38,710 nt of DNA from a virus (taxonomy: Duplodnaviria > Caudoviricetes), in IMG/VR virus record IMGVR_UViG_3300031260_000128, positions 1 to 38,710 of that record. One strand, given 5' to 3'. How positions within the stretch are numbered: the stretch's first letter is position 1; each line of letters begins with the position of its first letter. Shown one piece after another: positions 37,496 through 38,710 of the stretch. The position numbers and the translations under genes are program-made. The notes under the pieces are model-generated. The model worked only from the letters and a program-made list of their open reading frames with translations. It did no database searches and had not been told where the DNA came from.

Positions 37496-37535
37496 GCGCG
37501 CGCGCTCGACCCCACGCCGCGCCTGCGCGCTTTAT
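37496..37535 (-). other. cos: P2-type cos packaging site
   Basis: Minus strand ATAAAGCGCGCA-GGCGCGGCGTGGGGTCGAG resembles P2 cos GGCGAGGCGGGGAAAGCAC and its flank; orientation to Q as in P2. Confidence 0.8.
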
Positions 37536-37612
37536 CGAATGAAAAGAACGCAGTTACTCAGCCTGATAAACTCAGGCCAGCAGCAGGGGCAAGCGGAAAG
37601 ATCGCTAAGCGG

Positions 37613-37636
37613 AAAACTACGCAAAACTACGCAAAA
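37613..37636. repeat. Tandem 10-bp repeat AAAACTACGC x2
   Basis: Read directly between cos and the int stop. Confidence 0.85.
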
Positions 37637-37651
37637 ACGATCTGAAAAGGA

Positions 37652-38710
37652 TCAGACCGCCTTAAACTTGTCATGCAGCTTATGAGGATAGAGCTGGGTG
37701 TAGACTTGCCAAAGAATATTTAGATTTCTATGCCCTGTTACCTGGGCGACTTCCTCAATGGAATAACCTGCTTCAAACAATCGGCTGGCACCTTCACGCC
37801 GCAGATCATGGTAATGCAGGTCAGTGATGCCAAGAGCATTGCGGACACGTTGAAATCCAGCAGTGACAGATTTTTCGTTGTAGGGGAATATCCGGTCGTC
37901 GGATTTAGGTTGCCGCTTAATGATTTTGAAGGAGTCACCAAGCAATGGCACTACCATGTGGTTCCCATCTTTTTTGCGTGGGTCTTTCCTATCACGAACG
38001 ATCACGGTCTTATTCTTTTCATCTAAATCGCGCCAGGTGATCCGGCAGACTTCGCCAATGCGCATACAGGTTAAGATACTGAAATCAAGAATATCGACAA
38101 AAGGGATAGCACCACCGTGAGCATTGCCCATACGTTGACGTAGGCCTTTTCGTAATTTATTCAGTTCATCAGTGGTTGGGCGTCTGGTACGTTTTTGGCT
38201 TTTGCCGACGAGCTTCATGTCGATTAGAACGGGAACTGCTTCTTCAAAAACTTGCCAGTTAGCCTCTATATCCCAAACCGCTTTTGCTTTTTTCATCACG
38301 CTGCGAAGATATGCCACATCATGGTAAATAGTTGCAGGCCCCGCGCCAGCTTCTCGGCGATTTTTACAGTGCTGGATAATGTCAGACGCTTTGAGCTGAT
38401 CAGTGCGCACTTGAGCAATATCGCAGTCCATTAACATCTGGATCACGTAACGCTTTGTTCTGCCGGTATTACTCCATAGATCATGATCTTCATAGAATAA
38501 ATTCAGCAGTTCAAAAATGGTGCTGGTTTTGTGCTGTTCTGTAATGGCCTCGTTTTCAATTGCTGTACAGCGTAAAATGCCCCACTCTTTAGCAATCTGA
38601 TGCTTGCCAAAAGTCTTGGACTCGCTGCGACCATCAGAAGCTCTAACTAAGCACCGATAACGAGTATCACCCTTTGCGGTTTTGCGGGGTTGAATAGTGT
38701 AGTTAGCCAT
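37652..38710 (-). CDS. int: Tyrosine recombinase/integrase (Rci/HP1-like, possibly dusA-associated family)
   Basis: TCMRIGEV (R), RKDPRKK, YHDLRREGASRLFE (HxxR), TGHRN, VYTQL (Y). Confidence 0.93.
   Translation of the reverse strand: MANYTIQPRKTAKGDTRYRCLVRASDGRSESKTFGKHQIAKEWGILRCTAIENEAITEQHKTSTIFELLNLFYEDHDLWSNTGRTKRYVIQMLMDCDIAQVRTDQLKASDIIQHCKNRREAGAGPATIYHDVAYLRSVMKKAKAVWDIEANWQVFEEAVPVLIDMKLVGKSQKRTRRPTTDELNKLRKGLRQRMGNAHGGAIPFVDILDFSILTCMRIGEVCRITWRDLDEKNKTVIVRDRKDPRKKDGNHMVVPLLGDSFKIIKRQPKSDDRIFPYNEKSVTAGFQRVRNALGITDLHYHDLRREGASRLFEAGYSIEEVAQVTGHRNLNILWQVYTQLYPHKLHDKFKAV

Larger units (their letters stand above)
1..38710. mobile_element. P2-like prophage (ends and att sites probably outside the window)
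   Basis: Near-complete P2-type head, tail, lysis, replication and immunity gene set (no gpG seen), plus cos and an integrase. Confidence 0.97.

Noticed and set aside
37388-37645. 85-aa ORF across the terminator and cos
   Set aside because: Overlaps non-coding functional sites, no RBS or recognisable motif.
37652-38710. Rci-like recombinase as a shufflon or tail-fibre invertase
   Set aside because: No inverted fibre cassettes or sfx-like inverted sites seen; the fibre repeats are direct and the gene sits at the element end like an integrase.
1-38710. attL/attR direct repeats, tRNA or rRNA genes
   Set aside because: None recognised; the window begins and ends exactly at CDS boundaries, so att sites probably lie outside.

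Overview
The window is an apparently complete P2-like (Peduovirinae-type) temperate prophage from a gammaproteobacterium; the host genus cannot be fixed from the sequence. Left to right: (1) an AT-rich, tightly coupled four-gene cargo operon on the minus strand (C5 DNA methyltransferase, MORC/GHKL ATPase fused to a histidine-kinase module, receiver domain fused to a putative HEPN RNase, T4-PNK-like HAD phosphatase); (2) a secreted protein and a 186/K139-type switch (cI with a duplicated HTH, cox/apl, cII); (3) early genes including a PrtN-like gene and rolling-circle initiator gpA with its internal ori; (4) hicAB; (5) the late block ogr-D-U-T-E/E'-FII-FI-H-I-J-W-V-[two cargo genes]-S-R-lysis-X-L-M-N-O / P-Q, inverted relative to the early module when compared with P2/186; (6) a yybP-ykoY Mn2+ riboswitch plus alx/TerC moron, the cos site and a tyrosine integrase. 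The best candidate for an undescribed system is the left operon, which looks like a methylase-linked, phosphorelay-gated RNase defence system with its own RNA end-healing enzyme. All protein calls come from motif recognition by eye, not database searches. att sites are not visible because the window ends at gene boundaries.
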